This document shows positions 33,007 through 44,433 of a stretch of DNA of 64,000 bases, one piece after another. Location of the stretch: the sequence record MK250027.1. One strand, given 5' to 3'. Made by a program: the position numbers and the translations under genes. Under the pieces are notes generated by a model that ran no database searches, was not told the DNA's origin, and saw nothing but the letters and a program-made list of their open reading frames with translations. Numbering within the stretch: position 1 is the stretch's first letter; each line of letters opens with the position of its first letter.

Positions 33007-33655
33007 TAATATTTTATATACAGAGTTTATAAAAGGAAGAAACATATTTGAACATATGTTTCTTCTTGTAGGTATAATATTACAATTTATTGTATATTAT
33101 ATTACAAACGATACAATGATTTCATTAATATCTGGAGTAACAGGTATTATATCTGTTGTATTATGTTCACAGAGAAAAATTTCATTTTATTTCTTTGGAT
33201 TTATACAATTATTTACTTATATGTATTTAGCATGGCAGCAGAAATTTTATGGTGAATTAGTAGAAAATATATTCTATATAATTACCATGATTATAGGTAT
33301 TGTTACATGGTTAACGAATTATAATAAGGATGAACAAATAGTAGAATCTAAAAGACTTTCTAATATACAGTTAAGTATAATAAGTAGTATAATGATTTTA
33401 TTGTGTATTTTATTTGGGTATTATATGAGTAATTATACAGATAATACACAACCATATATGGATGCTTTTTCTACAATACCGGCATTTATAGCACAAACAT
33501 TATTGATGATGAGATATAGGGAACAATGGATATTTTGGATTATAATTGATATTGTATCTATATTCATGTGGGGAATTGTAGGGAATTGGATAATGGTTAT
33601 ACAATTCATATTTTGGACGTTAAATTGTTTATACGGTTATATAAAATGGAAATAA
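32993..33655 (+). CDS. pnuC: PnuC-family nicotinamide riboside/vitamin transporter
   Basis: Multi-TM; PYMDAFST, AQTLLMMRYREQWIFWIIIDI; overlaps nadR. Confidence 0.9.
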   Translation: MKSINNILYTEFIKGRNIFEHMFLLVGIILQFIVYYITNDTMISLISGVTGIISVVLCSQRKISFYFFGFIQLFTYMYLAWQQKFYGELVENIFYIITMIIGIVTWLTNYNKDEQIVESKRLSNIQLSIISSIMILLCILFGYYMSNYTDNTQPYMDAFSTIPAFIAQTLLMMRYREQWIFWIIIDIVSIFMWGIVGNWIMVIQFIFWTLNCLYGYIKWK

Positions 33656-33662
33656 TGTAAAC

Positions 33663-33884
33663 ATGGCAGGATTTGTTATTATTGTAATTGTTATTTGCAT
33701 AACTGTTTATGCGATATATGATTCTAAGCATACATCAGAAGTAGAGCAAACATTCTGGGGTAAAGATAAAAGTGATTCATCCAGATTAAAAAAAGTTAAT
33801 GAAAGAATTACATCATTAATAAGTAGAGTGGAATTACTTGAAAATAAAGTAAAGAGATTAGAAAATAATAATATAATAGAATAA
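33663..33884 (+). CDS. single-TM coiled-coil protein (73 aa)
   Basis: ORF track. Confidence 0.65.
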   Translation: MAGFVIIVIVICITVYAIYDSKHTSEVEQTFWGKDKSDSSRLKKVNERITSLISRVELLENKVKRLENNNIIE

Positions 33885-33885
33885 A

Positions 33886-34338
33886 ATGGAGCGGACAAAT
33901 TTTGAAGTATATGATTGGTTGAAAGAACATCAAAAAGAAAATAATTATTCAGACCAATTTATTGAAGCATATAAAGAATGTTATTTTTTAAATAGGTTAT
34001 CTGGTAAATTTTTTCTTGGAACATACGCGGGTTATTCAGTAAAGCCTGATAATAGTGATAAATCTTATTTCGTAGAAGACGGAATTAGAGGACAAGTAAA
34101 AGGATATTTTACAGTTTTAAATGGGAAACTTATTCAACTTGATCCTTTATCTGATATTCAAAATTATGATAAGTATACCAAATTAAAGGATAATCTACAT
34201 AAATATATGTATACTAGACTTGAAAATATTGAGATGCTGAGAAAAATTTATTCAGATAGAACTGATGAAATAAAAACCCAAATAGATGATCATATTAATT
34301 CATTGAATACAATAATTTATCTATTATCTAAATATTAA
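33886..34338 (+). CDS. hypothetical protein (150 aa)
   Basis: ORF track. Confidence 0.7.
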   Translation: MERTNFEVYDWLKEHQKENNYSDQFIEAYKECYFLNRLSGKFFLGTYAGYSVKPDNSDKSYFVEDGIRGQVKGYFTVLNGKLIQLDPLSDIQNYDKYTKLKDNLHKYMYTRLENIEMLRKIYSDRTDEIKTQIDDHINSLNTIIYLLSKY

Positions 34339-34351
34339 TAATTAACAAAAT

Positions 34352-34522
34352 ATGATTATGAATTTTATAAGTTGGATCTGTATTATATATACAGCATTTA
34401 CATTGGTTTGTTTTGTATGGCTAACATATGCTATTAAGAAAGCTCCATTAGTAGATCCTCAAGAACCATTTTTAAAAGGTGATATAAAATCAGAAGATCT
34501 AGAAGAAGATAAGGAGGAATAA
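34352..34522 (+). CDS. small membrane protein (56 aa)
   Basis: MIMNFISWICIIYTAFTLVCFVWLTYAIKKAP..., read manually. Confidence 0.6.
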   Translation: MIMNFISWICIIYTAFTLVCFVWLTYAIKKAPLVDPQEPFLKGDIKSEDLEEDKEE

Positions 34523-34525
34523 GTT

Positions 34526-35287
34526 ATGGCTTACATAGATAAAACATATATATCTGATTATCAGCAGTTTATACAAGTTAGAGATTGGTGTAAAGATAAA
34601 AAAGTAGAATTAAAAAATGGATTAGTGTATAATGCTATTGATTTCCTTATGTATCCTGATATAACAGAAGAAGAATTCAATAGTTGGAAAAATGAAATTA
34701 TTCAACGACATATAAAAACATATAATGAATCAAAGGAAGACGCAGAAAAACATTTTGAAATTCCTCTTTGGAATACACCAACATATTTCGATATTTGGCT
34801 TATAAGAAATTGCCCTATTGATTTTATTCAAAATAGGTTAAAAGAACAATATGGTGAAGAATATAATCAAATAAAGAATTATAGATCTGAACATGATACA
34901 TATCAGAGAAATGGATTAGGGAAGAATTTTCATTATAAGGTAATTGAAAAACCTAACTGGAAACCAAGATATAATTTTATTTATACTGATAGACATAGTA
35001 ATAAGAAAGTATATAAAGAAAGTAGGAAATCTTGGTGGTTTGTTGAACTTCGAGATTTATCAGGTAATGATATAATGTGGGAAGCAAATCAGGAGTATAA
35101 TTATTGGACTAATTGGATTGAAGCATTACCATTTACATCTAATATGATGGATATTAGGAAAAAGAAAAATCTTAATATTCACTCTATTATTAGAATGATA
35201 AAACATTGGGATTTACCTGCTAATACACAAGTTAAAGTTGTAAATAGATACTTTAATTATGGGTGGATAATTAACATTAAGAAATAA
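34526..35287 (+). CDS. hypothetical protein (253 aa)
   Basis: ORF track. Confidence 0.8.
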   Translation: MAYIDKTYISDYQQFIQVRDWCKDKKVELKNGLVYNAIDFLMYPDITEEEFNSWKNEIIQRHIKTYNESKEDAEKHFEIPLWNTPTYFDIWLIRNCPIDFIQNRLKEQYGEEYNQIKNYRSEHDTYQRNGLGKNFHYKVIEKPNWKPRYNFIYTDRHSNKKVYKESRKSWWFVELRDLSGNDIMWEANQEYNYWTNWIEALPFTSNMMDIRKKKNLNIHSIIRMIKHWDLPANTQVKVVNRYFNYGWIINIKK

Positions 35288-35291
35288 TATT

Positions 35292-35325
35292 AATAGGATG
35301 ATATAAACTAATATATCATCCTATT
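35292..35325 (+). terminator. intrinsic terminator
   Basis: AATAGGATGATATA / TATATCATCCTATT. Confidence 0.75.
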
Positions 35326-35360
35326 ATTTTAATAAATATTTAAATGTTAATTTTTATTAA

Positions 35361-36425
35361 ATGAATAAATTAATTAAGAAATTAATGGAGGGATTATTTG
35401 ATGATTTTGATGATGAAATTTTATCAAATTCAGATAATTCAAATAATGTATCTCAATAGATAATTGAAACGGAAGATAAACCTAAAATTAAAGAATGGTT
35501 GTTAGATAATATTATTTGTAAATATGGAACACCATTTAAATGTGATGAAGGTAATGATATTGAATATACATTTGAATCAGATGGATTACATTGTAATTTA
35601 AAATTTAATGTACAAGATGCAAAATTTATGAATTCTATTCCAGATTATGTTAAAATTAATAAAATAACTTGTAATACTGTAGAATTTGCAGACTTTATTA
35701 ATTTACCTAAAGAAATAGATGGGACATTAAATATAAAAGGATGTAAGGAAAAAGATTTAAATGTACAATTACCAGAGAAATTAGGTGTATTATCGCTTAT
35801 TAATTGTAAAATACGTTCATTGAAAGGATTAAGTAATACATGTAAATCAATAGAGCATCTTTGTATAGAAAATTGTAATATGTTTACTTCATTTAATGGG
35901 ATTCCAGATAATGTTGGATTTATATAGTTAATTAAATGTAAGAAAATAGTAGATTTAGAAGGAATTCCAGATACAGTAGAGAGAATTGTATTAGTTTCAT
36001 TACCTTCATTTGAAAGTTTAAAAGGATGTCCAAATAAATTAAGTAATGGATTGTATATATAGGAGTGTCCATATTTAACCACATTAGCTTATTGTCCATC
36101 ATTAATAATGGACCAATGTGAAATACATGATTGTATGTTATATCAGTTAGATATGAAAAATACAAGAATTTGTGGTACATTTAAATTAAGTAATAATAAT
36201 TTATCAGATTTAGAAAATGGACCAAAACAGATAGACGGATCATATATAGTTTCGGAACCGTATTTAGCAAAATTTAAAGCTAATGAAACTATTATGACAA
36301 ATGCGTATAATAATGCGGAATTTATATATCAAGTTAGGAAAAAATATTTTAAAGGAAATAAAAATGACATGCCATAGATGAACAATGGTGTAAAAATTGT
36401 ATGTCAATATTTAGAAGATCTCTAA
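35361..36425 (+). CDS. TAG-recoded leucine-rich-repeat-like protein (354 aa, 4 TAG)
   Basis: Joins track ORFs 35499 and 36108; repeats SLKGL, SFNGIP, DLEGIP, SLKGCP, DLENGP. Confidence 0.8.
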
Positions 36426-36434
36426 TTAAAAATA

Positions 36435-36472
36435 AAAAGAGAATAACTAACACAATATAGTTATTCTCTTTT
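36435..36472. terminator. bidirectional terminator
   Basis: AAAGAGAATAACTA / TAGTTATTCTCTTT. Confidence 0.75.
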
Positions 36473-36493
36473 ACTTTTATTATATATTATTAA

Positions 36494-37294
36494 TTACTTA
36501 CCGTAATGGATATAATCAATAAGAGCATTTGTATCAAGATTTGACTCAACTGTTTCTTGATCATTAACTTCCTTAAGAGCAGCGATTACAGCCTTAAGCA
36601 ACTTACTACGACGAGCAAGCAAATCAGCACGTTGCTTTTGTGACCACTCACCAGTAAACTTCTGCAATGTATAATCACCGATTTCAACTGTCTTCTTACG
36701 TTGAACAACCGCCGCACGATAATTAGCTGGAATATTAGCAGGATCAATATTAGGATCCTTCAAAATCTCTTCTGTTGTCTCTGTAGTACGGGAAACACCC
36801 TTTACAAGTTCATTCTCAAGAATCTCTCGACCATTATATTCTGTATTATGTGTTGGTGTCCAAATCTCTGAATCTGAATAAACAGGGATTCTCTCATACA
36901 TTGTTACCAACTCTTTAGAAGTAAGAATACTCTTAAGACGCATAAGGTCCAATGCAGTTAGTTCACCGAATGAATGACCATCAACTACAAGCTCTACCTT
37001 CTTTGCACCGAGAGAATTCGTAGCTTCAACTGAAAATACCTCATTAAGATAATTAGTAGCAATATCCTTAAACCAATTCAACTGTTCTGAAACTGTAGTC
37101 TGTACTGCTGTTACACCCTTCTTTGTAGGATCCTCTGGATAACCCTCACGAGGAACATAAGTCTTCTTCTCACCACGGAATGCGCCTTGTGAATTCTTAA
37201 AATAAGATGCATACTCATTAATTTCCTTTGCATACACTGATGCAGAATGGTCGACCTTCGCAAGTACGACATTCATCTTTTCTACTTTTGCCAT
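36494..37294 (-). CDS. hypothetical protein with higher-GC codon usage (266 aa)
   Basis: ORF track; visibly higher GC than flanks, suggesting high expression. Confidence 0.85.
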   Translation of the reverse strand: MAKVEKMNVVLAKVDHSASVYAKEINEYASYFKNSQGAFRGEKKTYVPREGYPEDPTKKGVTAVQTTVSEQLNWFKDIATNYLNEVFSVEATNSLGAKKVELVVDGHSFGELTALDLMRLKSILTSKELVTMYERIPVYSDSEIWTPTHNTEYNGREILENELVKGVSRTTETTEEILKDPNIDPANIPANYRAAVVQRKKTVEIGDYTLQKFTGEWSQKQRADLLARRSKLLKAVIAALKEVNDQETVESNLDTNALIDYIHYGK

Positions 37295-37437
37295 AATTTA
37301 TTAAAATTAAATGTTAATGTTAAATCTAAATTTTTTAATTACTTAATGTATATGATAAGTATAAGAAAAAGTCTATTATAAATAGAATAAAATATAAAAT
37401 ATTAAAGTAAATAATGATTAATAACAAATAGAATTTA

Positions 37438-38571
37438 ATGGATGATATATTAGATGCAATATCAAAAGGATTAAAAGAAAGTTTAAATATAGAAGAGCAA
37501 ATCCATCCATATAATGGTGTTTTAACGGATATAAGAGATTACGAATCTGTATTTCATTCTCCAAATTTTGAATTATATAAATTAAATGAAAAATATCATG
37601 AAGTATGTATATCTCAATAGATATTAAATAATATTATAAAAATAATTAAAGATAATAAAAATAATTTAGGAAAAGACATATATACAAATTATTGCTTTAA
37701 AATATATAAAGTTAATAATCATAAAACATATAAAATATATAAATCAATTAATATTAATAAAGATCACCCTATATATGTAAATTTATATTCTAATAAAAGT
37801 AATGTATATGGTAAAACAGAAAATAGACTTATATCTAATGATATAAATTTAGATAATGATCATATAAGAATATATATAAATGTTTATTATATTAATATGG
37901 AAAAATTTATATATTCTGTATTAAAACATGAATTAACACATGTTGTTGAAATGTATTCTGCTAAAAAGTTTAATAATATTAATAATTTAAAAAATACTAT
38001 AGGAATTGATAAGGATAATGATATAATGTTAGATATAAATCCATTAGCAAAAAATATGTTAAATAGGATGGTTTACTTATTTTCTAATACTGAACATAAT
38101 GCACACATAAATGGTTTAGCTGAATTTATCAATAAATTATCACCAACAGAAATAAAAAAATATACAAAATATATACAACATGAAGATGATGATGAAAATA
38201 TTAAAGTAATTAATAATATAAATAATCCTATATATAATTTTATGAGAAATTATGATGATTTAGATATATTAACAAATTATCAGGAATTTGAAGATTATAT
38301 GTTTGATTTAAAAAGTTATTTAGAAAACAATGATTTATTACCAATTTTTTATTTAGGTTATTTATTATAGAAACATCATTTAATATATAACAAAACTTAG
38401 ATAAATTGGGATTTTATTAAAAATTATATGGATAAAAAATATAAAAATTATAGTAAATATCATAATATTGCTGTATAGATAGTAAGTTTCTATGATTATA
38501 AAATAAAACAATATAGAGAAGACATATATAAAATAATATATAAGAAATTTAAAGAAAAGAAAATTATTTAA
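37438..38571 (+). CDS. TAG-recoded zincin-like metallopeptidase (377 aa, 4 TAG)
   Basis: Joins track ORFs 37438 and 37897; HELTH (HExxH) with downstream EHNAH. Confidence 0.7.
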
Positions 38572-38573
38572 TC

Positions 38574-39098
38574 ATGATAACAGTAAATAAATCAATAGAT
38601 ATAAATAAGGAATCATATCCTAAATGTCCATATACAAATGGCTTTTGTGAACCGAATATATTATACAATGATTACTCTATTATTAAAAAAGATAAATGTT
38701 TAACATGTGAACATTGGAGAACTAATTACGATTATATTCTTAATAAATCTTTAGAGTCTGCAAAGAAAAATAAGAAATCAAATTATAATCTTATTGTTAA
38801 TGAGGTAAACAGAGACGGTGGAAAATATATAAAGTTTGATAGCGATGACATAGGGTTTCTTATATGTGCGACGTCTACAATAGAAGATTATTATTATGTT
38901 TACATGGATAAAGATAAAAATATAAAGATGTCTTCATGCGTAGGTGGATATGAAGTTATAAAGTCTTCAGAAATACCACAGAATCTCTCTGTATTGAGTT
39001 ATATTCGTCAACATGATAAATTATATATAAAAGAAATTATAACGCGATACATAAAGAATTTGAAGTATGATAAGGTAATTACGAAAATATTTTACTAA
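38574..39098 (+). CDS. hypothetical protein (174 aa)
   Basis: ORF track. Confidence 0.7.
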   Translation: MITVNKSIDINKESYPKCPYTNGFCEPNILYNDYSIIKKDKCLTCEHWRTNYDYILNKSLESAKKNKKSNYNLIVNEVNRDGGKYIKFDSDDIGFLICATSTIEDYYYVYMDKDKNIKMSSCVGGYEVIKSSEIPQNLSVLSYIRQHDKLYIKEIITRYIKNLKYDKVITKIFY

Positions 39099-39148
39099 AA
39101 ACAAATTAACCATTATTTTATATAACATATAAACATTTAATATAGTTT

Positions 39149-39496
39149 ATGTCTAATATAGAAAAAGGAAGAAAAGAAATTATAGATAGATATTCTCCAG
39201 ATATTACAAACAGTATGACTCATGTTTTGGAAAATATCTATAATGCTGGATGGCATGCAGGCAGGAAAGCAGAACGAGAGAAATGGAGTAAATGCGAATA
39301 TCTCATGATTGCTCCTGAAAAAATGGAGAAGATTAAACAAATATGTGAAAATCCACCATGTAAAAATTGTAAATGTAAAACAATGGATAGACTAACAGGA
39401 TGTTTAGCAAATCCTCAAACATGTGAAGAATATCAAGAATATTCTTTAGTTTGTGAATTAATTAAATATTTTAAAACATGTGCATATAAATCATAA
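39149..39496 (+). CDS. Cys-rich hypothetical protein (115 aa)
   Basis: ORF track. Confidence 0.7.
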   Translation: MSNIEKGRKEIIDRYSPDITNSMTHVLENIYNAGWHAGRKAEREKWSKCEYLMIAPEKMEKIKQICENPPCKNCKCKTMDRLTGCLANPQTCEEYQEYSLVCELIKYFKTCAYKS

Positions 39497-39564
39497 GACT
39501 TTATTTTGGAATTTCATTATAATATGTAAAATAATAAACTAATAAATTTTACATAATAATTAAT

Positions 39565-39732
39565 ATGAAACAGATTAAAACTAATCAATTCAATTCCGAT
39601 AAAGTACAGGTAAAGATGCCTTGGACTGTTTATGATAACTATAATATAAAGAAAGATCCAAAGGTAACAATAGGTGTTCCTATTAATGAAAATTTGAAAC
39701 TAATAGATACTGATAAAACAATTTGGTATTAA
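39565..39732 (+). CDS. small hypothetical protein (55 aa)
   Basis: MKQIKTNQFNSDKVQVKMPW..., read manually. Confidence 0.55.
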   Translation: MKQIKTNQFNSDKVQVKMPWTVYDNYNIKKDPKVTIGVPINENLKLIDTDKTIWY

Positions 39733-39740
39733 TAGATATA

Positions 39741-39780
39741 AAAAAGTCTGAATTATATATGATTATAATTCAGACTTTTT
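39741..39780 (+). terminator. intrinsic terminator
   Basis: AAAAAGTCTGAATTATA / TATAATTCAGACTTTTT. Confidence 0.8.
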
Positions 39781-39831
39781 ATTTTATTTATATATGTAAA
39801 ATAAATAATATAATAATTTATTATATTAAAA

Positions 39832-41457
39832 ATGAATCAAAAATTATATAGAAGTTTAATTGAAAGTATAGGTATTGCTATTAAGAAATCAATAAATGAA
39901 ATGGCAAGACTTTCTGTATAGAGAACCATAGATAAGAAACTTTGGTTAAGCGTAGCATCTACATGTTCTAGAAATAAATCAACAGAAGCAGAGAATATTA
40001 AACCAGGTAAAGGAGATAAAGATAATCTTCTCAATAGATATGTTGCAGCTCTTATTATAATGAGAAAACCATGTCCATAGTCTGAAGATGATATTGATGA
40101 TATTAAAACATTTAAATTGGTAGGACATAAGTATTTAGAATTAGGTGGTACTATTGAAGAAATTCAAGCTTTATATAATAAAAATACAGGAAAACCTTCT
40201 ACTAATAATACATCTACAAAAAAGCAAGTTGAAGCAAAAGATAATACGGAAAACAATAAAGGTTTTGATAATGCAGTAGAATAGAAAACATCTGGAGGCG
40301 GATTATTCGACGATGATGATATATTTGGAGACGATGAAGTTAATAGAGCATTAACATCTGACTTACAAAAAAAGATTTTAGATCTACCAAAAGAAACATC
40401 ATTAGAAAATGTATTAATGTAGAGTATAGGTATTACAAAACCACGTGGATGGAAATATATCAAACATACAAATGAAGAATATGATAAATTTGTATTTAAT
40501 ATGAGTGGTACAAGCATAACACCAGAATACACATGGAATTATCCTAAATATTTGAAAGATTTCATAAACCTTATAAACAGTAAAGGATGGAAATTATATA
40601 AGGTTGAAGCACCGTCTTTATTCGGTTATTATAGATTTGAAAATATGACACCTGCATAGGTAAAACAATAGATACAATACGCATGTGAATCAAGATATAA
40701 ACTTGGTAGAGACTTAACAGAAACTATAGATAACCGCTTTAAAGAATATGAAGATTTTATAAATAAACGTAGAAAGGACATATAGACATTCGATAATGAT
40801 TTTGTAAAACAAATGTTTGAATCTGATGAGAATGTATATAGAGTGTTTTTATCGCCTGATGAAGGACTTATGCTGACATGTACAAGACCTATACCAGTAA
40901 ATGTATCATATGGTAATTCAAATATTTCAAAAAATTATTATACTAATTATACAGAATGGATATGGACTGTAACATTTACAGGAAATGTAAATGATTATGA
41001 TGAAAAAGATAAAACAGATATAAAAAAATTAAAGGAAGATAATAAGAAATATAATAAGCGCAAAAAAATATTTAGAACATTATTAGATAAACGATGTGGC
41101 TTGTCAGGATTTAAGTGGACAGTGTTTAATGATGGTAATGGTTATCCTATAATGGTTAAGATATGTAGTAAAGGATCATGTAAGATTACATATGATAACT
41201 TTACAAAAAAATATTATAATCCTTATACAAGTAAATCTAGTTATTATTATATACCTACAGATGATAAGACATTTCCTAATTCATTTAAGGAGGCTGTTTA
41301 GAATAAAGAACATTGGGGTGTATCATTGGTGAAATTAGTATGTTGTAATAATGACGGGAAATATGGTCATTCCCTATATGGTGGAAGTGATGATGAAGCA
41401 TATATGATTATAATGCCTACATATTATGGTAAAGCCATGATTGATTCTCTATTATAA
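39832..41457 (+). CDS. TAG-recoded modular hypothetical protein (541 aa, 8 TAG)
   Basis: ATG 39832 in frame with track ORF 40813; N-terminus paralogous to the 9252 gene, central KPRGWKY similar to the 17867 gene. Confidence 0.8.
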
Positions 41458-41506
41458 TGAATACAAATAAATATATATGAATTAAAATATAATTTTTAAT
41501 AATAAA

Positions 41507-41923
41507 ATGAAAGTTAGTGAAAAGAAGAAATTATATGAGTCTATCATGATGAATGTATCAAAGATAGTTAAGAAAAAATTAAATGAATATGGCGATGGTA
41601 TCGAGCAGGATGTTGATCCAGATGATGATATTACTGTATATGTTCCTTTGATTGGTTGTGAATGCACTGTTATTCCTTGTTATGATGAGGAAACAGGTGG
41701 AACATTCTACGAGGTTCATGATGATAATGATGAATATGTATGTGAGATTCATGATGATGTGGATACATCAGATGAAGACGCATTGGTAGATGCTATTGAG
41801 GACAATTACCAATGGGAATCAAAATCAGGTGATTATGAAAATGTTGATCCATTAGGTCCTGATGATTCTGATGTAGATGATGAGTTCGATACTTATGAAG
41901 AAGACGAAGATTATGATGTTTAA
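41507..41923 (+). CDS. acidic protein with LYES...KKLNE leader (138 aa)
   Basis: ORF track. Confidence 0.8.
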   Translation: MKVSEKKKLYESIMMNVSKIVKKKLNEYGDGIEQDVDPDDDITVYVPLIGCECTVIPCYDEETGGTFYEVHDDNDEYVCEIHDDVDTSDEDALVDAIEDNYQWESKSGDYENVDPLGPDDSDVDDEFDTYEEDEDYDV

Positions 41924-41926
41924 TAA

Positions 41927-42280
41927 ATGAAAAGAATTATTAATATAAGACCATTATCAGAAAATACAATAAGGAAATCTTTTGGTACTTCATTAGAAGA
42001 TAAACTGAGAGAATTAAGAGATGAAGTAAAGGATAGTAGATTACTTGAAGATACTTTAGTATTTCAGATAGGTAGGGAAGTATATACAGATAATGGTACA
42101 AGATATAAATTATTGGGAGGTCATCTATCATACCAGGAAATGGGATTAACATAGATGGACCAACAGTTATATAGTAATATTGTTTCAGGTAAAACTGATG
42201 TTGATACAGTGCTATATAACTGGAAGAATAAAAAGGTTAAAAAATTGAACTTTTCTTCAAGAAAAACATAGAAAAAGTAA
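41927..42280 (+). CDS. TAG-recoded hypothetical protein (117 aa, 2 TAG)
   Basis: Track ORF 41927-42154 extended through TAG to TAA 42278. Confidence 0.7.
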
Positions 42281-42283
42281 AAT

Positions 42284-42326
42284 AAAATGGTGAATATTTA
42301 ATTTTATGTTAAATATTCACCATTTT
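42284..42326. terminator. bidirectional terminator
   Basis: AAAATGGTGAATATTTAA / TTAAATATTCACCATTTT. Confidence 0.8.
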
Positions 42327-42328
42327 TA

Positions 42329-42770
42329 TTAATATGTAGATAATTCTTGTGTAAATGTACTTAATGCATCATCTATAGATGAAAACTCTCCAAATGATAC
42401 TTCTGTATCAGGATCAGAAAATACTTCAAATTCGAAATCTATTTTATCAACAGGGCCAACGGCTAATGTATATGTTCCATTATTATTCTATTGAATAGTT
42501 AAATGACTATTTTCTCCTCCACAAAAATCATCGAATTTCTATTGTAAATTATAATTATTTGCAAATATTCTCAATAATGATTCTGGTTCTCTATGTGTAC
42601 CTTTTGAACCTCTCATAATTCTAACTTCAGATGAATTAAAATATGATAAAATTATTTTCTTTAAATTATTTAATAGGTATATTAGAGTTTTCATTAAGCG
42701 TTCTTTTTACAGTTTTTGAAACAGATTTCATTATAGATTCATAAAGTGATTTCTTTTGATTTTTATTCAT
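42329..42770 (-). pseudogene. leader-bearing gene split by a frame change (34-aa leader ORF + 121-aa TAG-recoded ORF)
   Basis: MNKNQKKSLYESIMKSVSKTVKRTLNE... stops at 42666; overlapping frame from ATG 42694 runs to TAA 42329 with 2 TAG. Confidence 0.5.
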
Positions 42771-42853
42771 AGTAATTATTTATATTTTAATTTTCATTTA
42801 TATATTTATACTGAAAATATAATTATAAAAATCCTATGTCTTTATTTACATAA

Positions 42854-43291
42854 TCAAAATAGTGCTTCACATTTATTCTCTTTTATCGGGCACCAATTCT
42901 CAAAATCCCATTTGAAAAAATCAGTACATATAATATTATGATTTATAATATCTGTTATTTTATCTGTAATTTCAAAATTATATTTTTTTATTAGTTTTAT
43001 TAATCTTTCTTTTAATTCTTCTGTATTATCATCCATTAATTCTGTTGCATAACATGTATTTATTGCATTTTCTACATCTGAAATATTATTACAATTTTTT
43101 AATCTTTGTTCAACGACATATAAAAATATATTACCTATACCTGCGCAAGGGTCTAAAAAAGTTTTAGAGAAATCTGTAAATACTTCTGGTGTTTCTTCAC
43201 ATAATTTTTCAACTATATGTATTGGCGTAAAATCTTCTTGTGTTATATGATGTCGTTCTTTTCGTTTTTGATTTATATCTTGCTATAACAT
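42854..43291 (-). CDS. N6-adenine methyltransferase SAM-binding subunit (145 aa, TAG at codon 3)
   Basis: EDFTPIHIV and FLDPCAGIGN (motif I); extends track ORF 42854-43036. Confidence 0.8.
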
Positions 43292-43338
43292 TATAAATAT
43301 TATTAATTTCTAATTATTTATATTAGAGAATATTCATA

Positions 43339-43842
43339 TTGTTTATTTGTAAGGGTTATGGTGATATGATGAAGGATCATATTTATAGAGAAGGAATTAC
43401 AAAAACAAATAATAATACTCACTACTGTTTTTTTGCAGATATATGTGCAATAACAGGTCATGGCAATGAAAAAGCAATGTTATCTAATACTGCATATAAA
43501 GTATGTAAATATGGCGAATATTTAAATAGATATACTGAAACACTTTGTCGATTAAGTAATACAGATACTTATAAAGTATATGGTACTAAAGATGAATTAG
43601 AAAATTGGAAATATTTTGTTTTTAATAATAAATTACCATTATTTCTTAATATCGTGTTGACAATAAATCAGCATAATAATTCAAAAGACTATGTACCATG
43701 GTTTACTAATAAAAAATACACAGATAGTGAAATATATAAAATATTAAATATTAATAATATTGAGCAATTATTAATTAACAAAATAATAATTAAGTTTGAA
43801 AGAAATAATACATGGTTTAAAAGATATATAATAGGTATGTGA
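43339..43842 (+). other. silent inverted alternative C-terminus (TRD cassette) of the adjacent methyltransferase
   Basis: Begins at CKGYGDMMKDH, the same sequence as residue 258 of 43858-45204; no N-terminal domains. Confidence 0.8.
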
Positions 43843-44433
43843 TCTATTATATATCTTTTATTTTCCGCATATATATCGTTTAAACCAATTTGAATTTCTT
43901 TCGAATTTTTTAATTATATTATCCATAAATAAGATTTCATCATTATTAATATTTAATATTTTATATATTTCACTATCTGTGTATTGTTTATTTACAATCC
44001 ATGGCATATATTGTTTAACAACATTATTTTGATTAATAATTAAACATATATTAAGAAATAATGGTAATTTATTATTAAAAACAAAATATTTCCAATTTTC
44101 TAATTCATCTTTAGTACCATATAAACAATCAGCTATTTTATTAGTTTGATGTTTACCTTTATCATATTTAAAGGGTTTAATGTTATTTATATTATTCATA
44201 TAATAATGAAAACAAGGTGATGTATATGAAGTAATAAATGAACCATATTTATGATTACAAAAATTTGATTCAGCTTCAAATTTTCCACCAACTTGTGAAG
44301 ATTCAATACCACATAAGCTTCCACCTGTTCCTCCAAGTATTTCTGGATATTTACAGTAATAAGTATTATTATTTGTTTTTGTAATTCCTTCTCTATAAAT
44401 ATGATCCTTCATCATATCACCATAACCCTTACA
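43348..44433. repeat. three nested perfect inverted repeats: 72 bp (43348-43419/44362-44433), 76 bp (43577-43652/44048-44123), 44 bp (43715-43758/43942-43985)
   Basis: Base-by-base manual comparison. Confidence 0.92.

Noticed and set aside
37340-37360. TTATCA-TATACAT as a third promoter class (also near 59790)
   Set aside because: Only two loose copies in AT-rich DNA.
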